NCBI RefSeq assembly: GCF_964204645.1
Contig: NC_134026.1
Span: forward strand, 16,898,150 to 16,962,149
Direction of reading: 5' to 3'
Source of the DNA: Tubulanus polymorphus
Taxonomy: Eukaryota; Animalia; Nemertea
DNA: 64,000 nt
Shown: positions 13,101 through 25,125 of the stretch, piece after piece
Layout: each line of letters begins with the position of its first letter
How positions within the stretch are numbered: the stretch's first letter is position 1
The notes under the pieces: generated by a model
Database searches by the model: none
What the model was told of the DNA's origin: nothing
Seen by the model: the letters and a program-made list of their open reading frames with translations, nothing else
Program-made: the position numbers and the translations under genes

Positions 13101-14997
13101 CTAGAAAGAATCTTTCTATGTGGTTGAGTTAGCAACAAGATAATTTCAGTTCAATCGAAGACATTCAAATAAATTGACTTGCAGATAACTAGGCCTAAAT
13201 CAGTTCACACTAAATAGTAAGACAGTCATAAAAGACCAATGGTCTTGTAGCTCACCTGACCATTAACTAATAGGCAGTTTAGACTTGTTAGGTCTAAAAT
13301 GGATTAGACGCTGGTCTAATCAAATGAAATGGCAACTCTTGTTTTAATAAACATATCTATTTTCAGATAATAATATTCATATCAAAAGATAGGATAGGAG
13401 CTAGGCCTAATCATATCAGAAGTTTTGTCTTAAAATATTAGTTGAAACGTGTTTGTTCGAAAAAAATCGATAATTCCTGCTTCATTGGGTCGAGGTGGTG
13501 ATTCATTCTCGGGGTACCGGTATCGGACAGAGGATTGATATTCCGTCCATCCCCTACTTACACCTTGTTGTAGTACACATTTTTGGGGCACTGAGGACCA
13601 ATGACAATCATTATTCATAGCATATTCTTACCTTCAATGAGCAGAAATACCGTGTAAATACATGAGTGAATCAACCAGGAAATGCGTGGTAGTGTGCGTT
13701 GTCTCTAGTGTACGGAGACGCATCGGAGTCATTCAAAAATGTAATCAAAGAAACAGAAACTTTGATCTGTTGAAACACAATGTTAACATTGCGACTGAAA
13801 TATTACGAAATAAAATTCAACCTTGATCTCGATTGATTCGAATTTGAAATTAAAATCCACCTTTCGGCGCATTCAGTCCACCCTAGAATTTTGAAAATGT
13901 TCTTAATAGGCTACCACATTTCTTGGAACTATCCAAGAAACAATAGTTCATAGGTCGAGCCACGTTATTAGAGAGTTAGGCACGAGTCGGACTCCTGGGA
14001 TAAATCTAGACATTTTTTCAGCGTAAATTATGTGAAAATGTTTGACCAACACACAAAACTTTTAAGTACTAACAGTACGGGTCTATTTTGACTTAACAGA
14101 AAGGCATGTATATAAGAAGAACGACACTTTGCTTCGATTTTGGCATATTTTTGATTATTTCACAAAAACACGAGTTCCGAAATATATGAAATTTTCAGAT
14201 CATAAAATAGATACTATATGACACCTCTGATAAATAAATTGCCCATGGGCAAAGTGTGGTTTACCTTGAAAGCTAGAGGTTGTTTGGAGCAGGGAGGTGG
14301 GAGTGAATGGAGTATGAACGAGTCAGATATGTTATCAGCTAGTCGGCAATTCTATTCATGATCAAAGAGTTTTCATACCGCCCGCGGCTAACTGGGTCAC
14401 CGCTGCAGCGAGTGTGTGATGGTAAAATATCCCATCACACAGGTCCGTTTCCTAGACGTTAGGCCTGTGCCGTCAAGTTTGCCAAACTAGCACATGCTGT
14501 ACTGACAATAGCATCAGCCTTGCGCATGCGCAGTTGAATTCTTCTTGTACGGCGTGTCGCGGTCAACTTTCACGTTTTTCAGAGGAAAATATCGGATGAA
14601 AACTGAATATTTTACGGCAAAATAACCTCAGTTGGTAAGCAAACTTTGACATTAAACATACTTTGAAGAGACAATCGGCCACATATTAATTTAACACCAT
14701 AAAACACGTTGAAATGCATTGCATTCCTTTGCCTTCATCAATGTAGTGGCCGCTAACCGGAACACTTCTAAATTAACGATCGAAATATGAGAATTATTCA
14801 TTGACCACTGCGCATATCCGGATATGTGTAGTCATGTTGCTATGATACATATATACAAATACGTGTCAATTGAAGCCTATCTAAGAAAAAAGTATACAAT
14901 ACCATCGTGATATCAAAAAAGGCCTACCCCCTTGGTGACTAAGTCAAGAATCAATGATTTAATGATAATGTCATTGTTTTTAAATTTTTTCAGTAAG

Positions 14998-16731
14998 ATG
15001 GCAGATGATGTTTGTCGCTTGTGTGGTTTATCTGCAGCCAATAATGACCGTAATCGATACGACAAAATGAAGTTCAGTTCACACGTTTCATTATTATTTG
15101 GCATTGATTTCACTACGGACACTGCCGGTATACACCCAGATTTTATTTGCAATCTTTGCCGGCAAAAATTGCAACGTTGGCGTAAGGTGAAAAATAAATC
15201 AAGAAATATTCCAGTCAATATCACTTTAAAAACATGGAACGTCGAAAACCCTCCGCAAGATAACTTTCAGGACATTGCGCCGAAAAATGGTTTTGTGAAA
15301 GTGAATGAAAAAACGAATGTTTTCTATTCTGATAACTGCATACGGATGGTAGAATGCAGCGCTGAACACCGATTCTTTATCGATCAACTAAAAGTGACTG
15401 ATTCTTTGCGCCATAAATTAGAAATCGAGGACAAATTGCTGGAACTTAAGAAACTTAAACTGTGCTGCGGTAACCCTGATTTTGTTGATGTCATCACTGG
15501 TCGAGGTCTGAATGAGTTCCGAAATCAGAAGGGTGATGTTATAGCTACCGTTCAGACAACAAATTCAAGTAAAATTATTCGCCATATATCTTGTAAAATT
15601 GTAAATAATATATTTGTCGATCGCTGTGATGCGTGTAAAACATTTCGTGGATGCCTCTTCACAATGCGAAGCCGTTTGACATCCACAACTTCATCGCGAA
15701 CCTGTGTAAATAGTAATGTACGATACGATTATTTGTCAAATGAACAGCTTAAGATCCGTCTCCGTGAAACACAAGGTCAACGTCAAAATTTGAAGAAAGT
15801 TGAAGAACGGCTAAAACAATATAATTTTGAAGCTGCAAATGTCGACGTTACCCCTGAACTATCAGTGTTGTTAACGAAATCGGTTGAGGAAAATATCGAA
15901 CAATTCAATAATGACTTTCCGAGTGGATCTGTTCAAGAACTTCTTTGGCAACAACAGCGTCTTCAAAATTCGAAATCCGCCAAACAGATGCGATGGCATC
16001 CTTTGATAATTAAGTGGTGCATAGCTTTGCGACACAAATCAAATTTTTCGATTGCCTGAATGTTTCGACAGCTTATGAGAGCATAAGAAAGAGGAATCCA
16101 GATTTAAAGGAGTATCGTAGTGAATCGGACGAACGATTAAAGGTAGATTTATAGTTATTTCATTTGGAATGTATTGTTTCACATATAATTAAATTATAAC
16201 TGAATATTCTTGTGATTCTAGTGGCTTCTCAAAGAATTCATACCATTCCTGGACGAATGGGAAGGAGAAAAAGACATGTATGAAGGTTTGACAAAGGCAC
16301 AAAAAGCAAGAAAATGTTTGAGTTGGGAAACAATTGAAGGCTTCCGGATAACTGGTGTGTTTCTTCTCCTTATATCGATAGAAAACCTTATGTGATCACC
16401 ATTATTGAACAAAATTTGATTTTATATATTTTCAGTGTTCTCTTTTACTAAGTTGACAGTTGAGTTATCAAATATCAATGGAGTGGAATATTTCCTCAGC
16501 GAGAAGCTCAGCCAAGATCCGTTAGAGGAGCACTTCTCGAAACAAAAAAGTTGTGGAGGAAACAGTGACAACCCCACTGCCGCCGCTTTTGGCCACAATG
16601 AACTCAACCTTCTGATAGCAGGAAATTGTGCGAAGGCATCATCAAAAGGCAATTTCCGTGGTAAATTCAGAAGAGATGACGACATAGACATTGAATCGGT
16701 TGTGCCTCTTAAAAGAAAAAAACGTACTTAA
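14998..16731 (+). pseudogene. P-type transposase with RAG1-N/Chapaev-like zinc module; internal deletion at ~16045; exons 14998-16142, 16222-16354, 16436-16731
   Basis: CRLCG...FGIDFTTDTAGIHPDFICNLC at the N-terminus. RWHPLIIKWCIALRHKS is joined out of frame to FFDCLNV...DERLK|WL...LSWETIEG|...YFLSEKLSQDPLEEHFSKQK..GG..DNP (catalytic Glu motif). GT-AG introns are in phase. Confidence 0.85.
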
Positions 16732-18065
16732 AAGTCGAAAAGTGTATTTATTTGTATGTCAGTAGTATTACAAATGAAAAAGTGAATACATGTAGACAGG
16801 TACAAAATAGATCAGTTCTTGTTAGCCAATACTTTTCTTAATGATTTTTCACCTTTTTTGGATACATTTTTGATATTATTTTGTTTTCTAATGTACATGA
16901 AAGCATCCTTGAATGCAGTGACACGAATGTCGATCCAGTATGTAATTACTCGTCTAAGCAAATTGCGACTCAGATTTTCGTCACTGACAAAACGTGTCAA
17001 TGTCTTCCTAGAATTTTTAACGGTTACACTCCATTCGATTTGTTGAAGCAGCTTTTCTTTGATATTTAATCCGTTCAATGTGTGAACATCATTTATTTGG
17101 AGATGAGGGCGAACAATATTCTCTAATAGTTTAAAAAAATTGTATACACTGTCTTTTACTTGGAAAAGACCGCCACGATCAACAGCCTTGATCCAGAAAG
17201 TTGTATAATCGAGGTAACTGTTCTGTTCCAAGTTTTCCTTTGTGTCGCATTCGGCTCTCCAATGTTCTAAGATATTTAGAATTGCTGCAGCAGCAGTGTT
17301 GCTTTTTAAGCGCGAATAGTACTTAATCAGTGCATGAGGAATATATCCTGCTGCATACCTCAATGCTTGTTCCTCTTCGTTGGTGAGTGGAGCTAGTTGC
17401 CTAGAATTTTTAGAGGTCGATTCATATCTTTTGTCAATTAAACCTTTGAATATCTCCCTGAGCAATGACTGAATGAAAAGACTGCCTGCCCGATTGTCAA
17501 AATCCGTGCTCTGCGCACATTTAAAAACCATAAGTTTTTACATCGTCATCTACTTCTTTACTACTAGAATACGTATGAAAGTTTGCCCACATCTTATCAA
17601 AATCGTTGTTTTTCGGAAAAGCTTGGTCTAGCGATGATAGGATATGAGAATACCATGTCTGAACGAATACAGAATCAATCTCATTTAAAATCATAATTTT
17701 TAGTATTAAAATTTGTATTCCCGAAATACTTACCTGTAAAAAAATACATAGCCAACGCTAGCTTGGCCGGAAATAACACCAGAAATAACGACTTTGAGAA
17801 CCCGTATAATGGCGCCCTCAACGGGAGATCCACCATCTTTTTACGCAAGGCTATATAACCAGCCACAAGCCAAGCGGGGACGGTGGGAGGGACTAAAAAC
17901 TGTATGTTTTTACAGGTAAGTATTTTGGGAATACAAATTTTAATACTAAAAATTATGATATTCCCTTCAATACGTTCCCTGTAAAAACATACATAGCCAG
18001 AATACCAAAGAACCAAGAATACCAACTACAACCTGTCGACCGTCAAATAACCAACCGCAAGGTCC

Positions 18066-18725
18066 CTAGTCCCCCGAGCCGGGAACGAAGGGAACTTGAG
18101 ACGGCTCAACGGAAGGACCGGACACGATACAGCGCTTCTCTTGAGCGAGAACCACAGGGCCCAACGCAGTCAGAGAACCTAACTGCCCCGACACGTCACG
18201 TAAGTAGAAGGACGCAAAGGTAGACGGGGAGGACCAAAAGGCCGCCCTACAGACCTGGTCTAAAGAACCACCAGAGAAAACCGCCCACGAAGTGGCCAGA
18301 GACCGCACCTGGTGAGACACTACTCTCGCGGAATCGGGTACCCCTTCTTGGTTGAGCGCCTCCTTGATGAGCGAGACTATCCAGCGGGCCACCGTGTCCC
18401 TGGAAATATCAGACTCCGACTTCTCTGAAAGAGGAAGAAAAAGTCTTTCCCTGGACTTACGCATGGGCTCGGAGCGGGACAGATACATCCTCAAAGCCCT
18501 GACTGGGCACAAGGCCGAGTCCGGCAAGTCACTGGAAACTCCCTGAGTCACCGCCTCAATTCTCCACTCCCTGCCCGCCGAGGATGGCTTTTGGTTTTTC
18601 GCCATGAACGACAATCCCGGCCAAAGCAGAACAAACTGGTCAAGGGGGCCAAAAACAATATGACCCGGCCGAGCCGACAAGGCATGAAGCTCCGACCTGC
18701 GCGCCGCCATAGCTAAACACAGTAA
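18066..18725 (-). pseudogene. DIRS B tyrosine recombinase, C-terminal part
   Basis: ARRSELHAL, LCPVRAL, SHQVRS and W....TFASFYL. Confidence 0.9.
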
Positions 18726-19873
18726 CCTGTTTTATAGCTCCTGTTTTATAGCTCCTAAAAATTGTGATTTTACCAGTGGAATACATGTTAGCAGCTTTCG
18801 TTTCTTTTACTGGAGTAATTAATAATATACCAAGGACGCAGTCAAGTAGTTTTATTGGATTTATATGCAATCTGGAACTGGCAAGTTAGTTTTTGAAGAT
18901 TCTGGATTTAATTCTATGTAAATGTCAACAGATGGCAGTCCTAACGGTAGAATATATTGCGACAAGATTGGGACTAAGTGCAATAAATATTGACCTTGTA
19001 AGCGCACTTCCTCACAATATCTATAGAACTATCTGTGACCTTGGAATCAATAGAAAACCAACTAACCGTGGTCGTAATTGTGAACTTGGAATCAATAGAA
19101 AACCAACTAAGCGCGGTCGTAGATCCGGGGCAAGGTTAAATAAACACAGACCAGCTGGTGTTAATGGAGACAATTTGACCTATATTTCAATCGACAAGTC
19201 CGGCAAGTCACTGGAAACTCCCTGAGTCACCGCCTCAATTCTCCACTCCCTGCCCGCCGAGGATGGCTTTTGGTTTTTCGCCATGAACGACAATCCCGGC
19301 CAAAGCAGAACAAACTGGTCAAGGGGGCCAAAAACAATATGACCCGGCCGAGCCGACAAGGCATGAAGCTCCGACCTGCGCGCCGCCATAGCTAAACACA
19401 GTAACCTGTTTTATAGCTCCTGTTTTATAGCTCCTAAAAATTGTGATTTTACCAGTGGAATACATGTTAGCAGCTTTCGTTTCTTTTACTGGAGTAATTA
19501 ATAATATACCAAGGACGCAGTCAAGTAGTTTTATTGGATTTATATGCAATCTGGAACTGGCAAGTTAGTTTTTGAAGATTCTGGATTTAATTCTATGTAA
19601 ATGTCAACAGATGGCAGTCCTAACGGTAGAATATATTGCGACAAGATTGGGACTAAGTGCAATAAATATTGACCTTGTAAGCGCACTTCCTCACAATATC
19701 TATAGAACTATCTGTGACCTTGGAATCAATAGAAAACCAACTAACCGTGGTCGTAATTGTGAACTTGGAATCAATAGAAAACCAACTAAGCGCGGTCGTA
19801 GATCCGGGGCAAGGTTAAATAAACACAGACCAGCTGGTGTTAATGGAGACAATTTGACCTATATTTCAATCGA
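18518..19873. repeat. 679-bp-period tandem duplication spanning the YR/L2 5' junction
   Basis: 18518-19194 is repeated at 19197-19873, with duplicated ORFs at offset 679 (18640/19319, 18893/19572). Confidence 0.93.
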
Positions 19874-22805
19874 GAAAAACTCAGTCTGTAAAAACTTGGA
19901 TCAAAGACAATGAGACCCATTCTCATAGTATATCTGATGTAAACCCTGTTGGATACAAGTTTTTAAGTAGCCCTCGTGCTACTGGTCACCGTGGTGGTGG
20001 AATCGGTGTTCTTTACAATGCTACTGCTAAAGTTAAGGAATTGAAATCATCAAATCAGTATAAGATGTTCGAGCTATTACAGACTGAAGTGACATGCCAC
20101 AACACTAGTATTATTTTTGTTACTGTTTATCGTCCACCTCCCTCAGCAGCAAATGGTTATACTGTAGGTGGTTTTCTAAATGAATTCGAATTATTCTTAA
20201 GCGAAATATGTGACATCCCGCAATCTCTCATCATACTAGGGGATTTTAATTTTCACATAGATGAACCTGATAAACTGGAGGTATCAAAATTTCTGGACAT
20301 CCTGTCAGCCTATGGTTTCAATCAGATGGTTACTGGCCCCACTCATAGGAAAGGCCATACGTTGGATTTGGTCATTTCGCGGTCTGTTGATCGTGTCGTT
20401 TCAAATGTAATAGTGCTTGATTCCTGTATCACTGATCACTCGACGATTGTTTGTGATCTGGATGTTGCGAAGTTTCAGTATCCTCGTGTAACTAAAACGT
20501 CTCGAAATCTACGTTCTGTAAATGCCCTAAATCTCTGTCAGTCCTGGGCATACGACATCAACCAAATGTCTGCTGTAGAAGATGTTAATCAACTTGTTGA
20601 CTATTATAACAAGACGGGTAGTGAACTTTTAGATTCCGTAGCGCCTCTTATGACACGTGAAGTTACTCTGCATCCCGGTAGTTCCAAGTGGTGTACATCA
20701 GAGATTCATACAGCACAACAATTAAGACGGAAGTTAGAGAGACAGTGGCGGAGCACGGGCTTGAGATCCATAAGGATATGTACATGTTGCAGCGCAATTC
20801 TGTTATTCGCTTAGTGAAACAGGCAAAATCTGAATATTATAGGAGTAAAATGACAGATGTTAAGCAAATATTTAAAGTGATAAACTGTGATCTATTGAAT
20901 AGAGATGAGAAATTATTACCATCGGGTGATGCAAAGCAAGTGGCTGAAAAATTCAGTACATATTTTTCAGACAAGATTGTCTCTATCCGTAATGATTTGG
21001 ATTCTTATCATTGTGGACCTTTGTATGAGACGGAGCATTTTGATCCACCAAAATTAGAATGTTTTTCTGTCACTAACAATGTTGAACTTTGTAAAATTAT
21101 TAATCGCATGCATGCGAAATCCTGCTCTTTGGACCCAGTACCAACAGTCATCCTGAAATCAAATTTATCTGAATCTGGTATGTTACAGGCACTAGTTAAG
21201 ATTGTAAACACGTGTATTACTACAAGCGTTTTTCCAGATTGTCTGAAGCATGCCATTATTCACCCTTTGCTGAAGAAGTCAACCTTAGATTTTCAGAACT
21301 ATAAAAACTTCCGGCCAGTTTCAAATATTTCTTTCCTGTCTAAAGTCATTGAAAAAGTTATTGCAGTCAGGATAGTTGATCATCTTCAAAGTAACGATTT
21401 ATATGAACCGTTTCAGTCTGCATATCGTGCTTTTCATAGTACCGAGTCAGCTCTCCTTAGAGTAACTAATGATATATTGTCTGCTATGGATGATGGCAAC
21501 ATCGTATTGATGGTATTGCTTGATCTATCGGCGGCCTTCGATACGATTGATCATAACATTCTTCTAGATCGACTTAAATTTTTGTATGGTTTTGGAGACT
21601 CAATTATAGCTCTTGTCAGTTCTTATATTAAAAATCGTACTCAGACAGTAATTGTAGAAGGTGAAAGTTCGGCTTCTAAACCTTTAACCTGTGGCATACC
21701 TCAAGGATCTGTTTTGGGTCCGATTTTGTTTACTTTGTATGTTCAGCCTATTGGCAATTTAGTCAGACATTTTTCAACTGAATATCATTTGTATGCTGAT
21801 GACGACCAGCTGTATAAAGTTGTAAATCCGAAGAGTCTTGCTGATGTAATTTCAGCTTTGAATACACTAGCTGAACTTGTTCAGGTGTTGTCCAATTGGA
21901 TGACAATTAATAAATTAAAAACTAACGGCGATAAAACCGAATTCGTAATACTTGGTTCACCATATGCCAAAAGCCTTTTACCCAGTGATTTATATATTAC
22001 TATTGATGGTATTGAAATCCATCCATCAACTTATGTTAAGAATCTAGGTGTAATTTTGGATGAACATTTGTCTTTATCAAAGCATGTTAACAATATTTGT
22101 CGCATTGCTAACTACCATCTGTATTGCATAGGCAAAATACGAAGTCTGTTAGACGATGCAGCGTGTAAAGCAGCCGTTGTTTCTTTGGTGATTAGCAGAT
22201 TATGCCAATTCGCTGCTTGTAGGCTCCAATGCCACTTTGATCAAGCGTCTTCAGCTCGTCCAGAACAATGCCGCTCGCCTTATCACTAAGAAAAAGAAGA
22301 GTGAGCATATAACACCTGTCCTACAGTCTTTACAATGGCTGCCAATCTCGGTGCGGATTGAATACAAGATTCTCTTTATGGTGTACAAATGTTTACATGG
22401 ACTAGCACCCGAGTACCTGAAATCCCTTCTGTCTCAATATAATCCGACCCGGTCTCTGCATTCCAGCCACGATAAAACAATTCTAGTCAAACCAATTCCA
22501 CGTATTTCGTACAGCAGTCGATCTTTTAAATGTATTAGTCCAATCCTCTGGAACAAACTTCCAATATCTCTGAAAGAAAGTGCATCTGTTGACATTTTTA
22601 AACGTAATCTTAAGACATACCTTTTTAGCCAAACCTACTCTTAAAACCTACTATGTATTGTTTTATTATGCATGTATACCTAACTTATGTAATTTTAACA
22701 ATTTTCTGTGTATTTTGTATTGTGTTTTACATTGTGAAGCGCAGCGATTATTTCTTAGATCTGCGCTATATAAGAAAATATATTATTATTATTATTATTA
22801 TTATT
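18726..22805 (+). mobile_element. L2-clade LINE (APE + RT) inserted in the DIRS B recombinase
   Basis: APE motifs VYRPP, GDFN, GHTLDLV and TDH; RT motifs LDLSAAFD, PQGSVLGP and YADD; C-terminal HITPVLQSLQWLP. 3' GCGC..GCGCTATATAAG plus (TAT)n tail. TSD AGTAA at 18721-18725 and 22806-22810. Confidence 0.92.
19572..22644 (+). pseudogene. L2 APE-RT ORF, broken by a deletion (~19890) and frameshifts (~20755, ~22200)
   Basis: Consecutive ORFs 19572, 20041, 20688 and 22237 carry successive domains. Confidence 0.88.
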
Positions 22806-23250
22806 AGTAAAAACACGGTCTTCTTTGTCAGACGTGAAAACGACAGAGAAGTTAAAGGCTCGTACGGAGCCGGAGTCAGATACTTCAAAACGACCGTCAA
22901 ATCCCATGGAGGAAGATCCCGGATCATCCTCGGACGAGAAATGGAAAATCCCGCAATCAGCTGTGAAATACGAGGATCGGCCGTGACTGACGGAAGGCCC
23001 GCCGAGCGATGGGTATGGGAGATCGCCGACCTATAGCCTTTCACTGTACAGACTTGAAAAAGGAAAAAATCGGCTAAATCCGCTACAGAGGGTGTGCGAG
23101 GATCCACCTGTCTCCCACGGCACCAATTACTGAAGAGCTCCCACTTGGAGTCGTAAACGAGACCTGTCCAGGGTTCTCTCGAAGCGACGATATATGAGGC
23201 AACGTTTGCCGAAAAACCTTCACTCTGGAGACTACGCTGGACAGCGGCCA
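22806..23250 (-). pseudogene. DIRS B tyrosine recombinase, N-terminal part (end of the 778-aa overlapping ORF)
   Basis: YDSKW..F..WC, TVKGYRSAI, PPWDL and LTKKTVFLL. Rejoins CLAMAARRSE across the L2. Confidence 0.88.
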
Positions 23251-25110
23251 CGCGTGAAGATTGAGCCAATGTAGATTGGGGTCTCGCTTGAACCAACCCT
23301 GCGACAGAAGCGACGGAAACACCAGGAGAACCCTGGGGCTGTCGCACAAGAGCTGGATCAGAATGGTGAACCATGACTGGGTTGGCCAGCAGGGAGTCAC
23401 CAGGACCAATTCGCAGTTGGTTGCTTGTTCCAACCGGGAGAGTACCTCGCCGATGAGAGGGATCGGGGGAAATGCGTATGCATGGAGATCCTCCCAGTCT
23501 TGAGCTAACGCATCGATCGCCCATGCCTGGTCGTCCGGGAAGGGAGACACAAACGCCGGGCACCGGGAGTTGAACCGCGTGGCAAATAGATCCAAGGTCG
23601 GCATCCCCATTAGGGATCTCACCTTGTTGGCCACCTCCTGATGCAGCGACCATTCTGTCGGAATGGGGCGATCTTGACGCGATAGGGCGTCCGCAACCAC
23701 ATTGAGTTTGCCCGCTAGGTGCGCTACTGACAGAACCGTCCCATGTGCCATAGACCAGAGTAGAATCCGAGAGGACAACCGGGAGAGGGTGTGAGACCTT
23801 GTGCCACCCTGATTCTGCAAGTAGGCCCTCACCGTCGAATTTTCTGTCACTATCCGGACATGGCGACCGCACACCTGACGTCGAAAACACTTCAGGGCTT
23901 TCCAGACCGCCAACATCTCCAGAATGTTGATATGGTCCTTCCTCTCCTGAGGGGACCAGACCCCGGACCGGCGAGAGCCTTCGAGGTGAGCGCCCCAGCC
24001 GTAGTGGCTGGCGTCCGTAAATAGGAGAACTGGAGCCTCGAGGGGAGCCAATGAGGAACCCTTCATTAAGTTCCGCGAACAAGTCCACCACAGCAGGCTT
24101 GGAAGGAGGTCCGCCGGTGGCAGAGGCAGCAGGGAGTCCCAGAGTTCGCCGGAACGAGACCAGGAGGTCTTCCAAAACCTCTGCAGCGCACGCCCGTGCA
24201 GTCGACCCAGAGGGACGATCAGAGACATGGAACTTATCTGTCCCAACACCTGCGACCAAAAACGAGTGGAACGTTGTGTTCCACTGGTCAAGCTGAGAAC
24301 TGCCGATTTGAGTTTCTCTATTCGGCTGTCTGCTGGCCGGACTATCCCTCGAACGAGATCGAAAAACATTCCGAGATAAAGGAATTTCTGCGATGGGGCC
24401 AGCTGGGACTTCTCCTCGTTTACGAGGAAACCTAACTCCCGAACGAGGTCGAGCGTCTCTCCGATCGCTCTTCGACATTCTTCCTCCGAATTGCCTACCA
24501 CCAGCCAATCGTCTAGGTATACAAAAAGACGAATACCTTTCCTTTGTAGCCTTTTCTGAACCGCCTTTACGACCTTGGTAAATACCCAAGGGGCTGAACT
24601 CAGGCCGAAGGGGAGCGACGTGAATTGATAGTGGACGCCTTTCCACTTTACTCGGAGATACCGCTGTGACTTCGGGCGCACCGGCACTTGAAAATAAGCG
24701 TCTTTCAGGTCGATAGAAGCAGCCCATTGCCCGGGTTTCCGGCCCTGAATGACTTCTTTGGGGGTCGTCATTTTGAATTTTGGGCAGTCGAGAAACTTGT
24801 TTAGGAGAGAGAGGTCTATCACCGTCCGAAGGCCACCGGACGCCTTGGGGACGGTGAAGATCCAGGAGTACCATCCCCGAGAGGGATGACCCCGAACGCA
24901 AGGCAGGGCTCCTTTTTCGATTAGTTCCTGGATCGCCGGGGTAATGAGTTGCTTCTGACCTTTCTTGGGTCGCATGTCCGGAGGAGACCTTCCCAAGGGA
25001 GGTTTCTTCCGAAACTGAATCCGGTACCCGGCCGAGACGGTTCGTGTCGGCCAGGTATCGCCAAAGATCTCGTACCAGCGGAAAGCGCAGCTTCTTAGGC
25101 ATGCTCCCAC
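23083..25110 (-). CDS. DIRS B pol (RT + RNase H + MT-like), 675-aa open frame
   Basis: IDLKDAYF, LPFGLSSAP, YLDDW; TDAS and HINILEM; DLFATRFN...YAFPP. Confidence 0.92.
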   Translation of the reverse strand: MGACLRSCAFRWYEIFGDTWPTRTVSAGYRIQFRKKPPLGRSPPDMRPKKGQKQLITPAIQELIEKGALPCVRGHPSRGWYSWIFTVPKASGGLRTVIDLSLLNKFLDCPKFKMTTPKEVIQGRKPGQWAASIDLKDAYFQVPVRPKSQRYLRVKWKGVHYQFTSLPFGLSSAPWVFTKVVKAVQKRLQRKGIRLFVYLDDWLVVGNSEEECRRAIGETLDLVRELGFLVNEEKSQLAPSQKFLYLGMFFDLVRGIVRPADSRIEKLKSAVLSLTSGTQRSTRFWSQVLGQISSMSLIVPLGRLHGRALQRFWKTSWSRSGELWDSLLPLPPADLLPSLLWWTCSRNLMKGSSLAPLEAPVLLFTDASHYGWGAHLEGSRRSGVWSPQERKDHINILEMLAVWKALKCFRRQVCGRHVRIVTENSTVRAYLQNQGGTRSHTLSRLSSRILLWSMAHGTVLSVAHLAGKLNVVADALSRQDRPIPTEWSLHQEVANKVRSLMGMPTLDLFATRFNSRCPAFVSPFPDDQAWAIDALAQDWEDLHAYAFPPIPLIGEVLSRLEQATNCELVLVTPCWPTQSWFTILIQLLCDSPRVLLVFPSLLSQGWFKRDPNLHWLNLHAWPLSSVVSRVKVFRQTLPHISSLRENPGQVSFTTPSGSSSVIGAVGDRWILAHPL

Positions 25111-25125
25111 TGGTACGGAGCCTTC

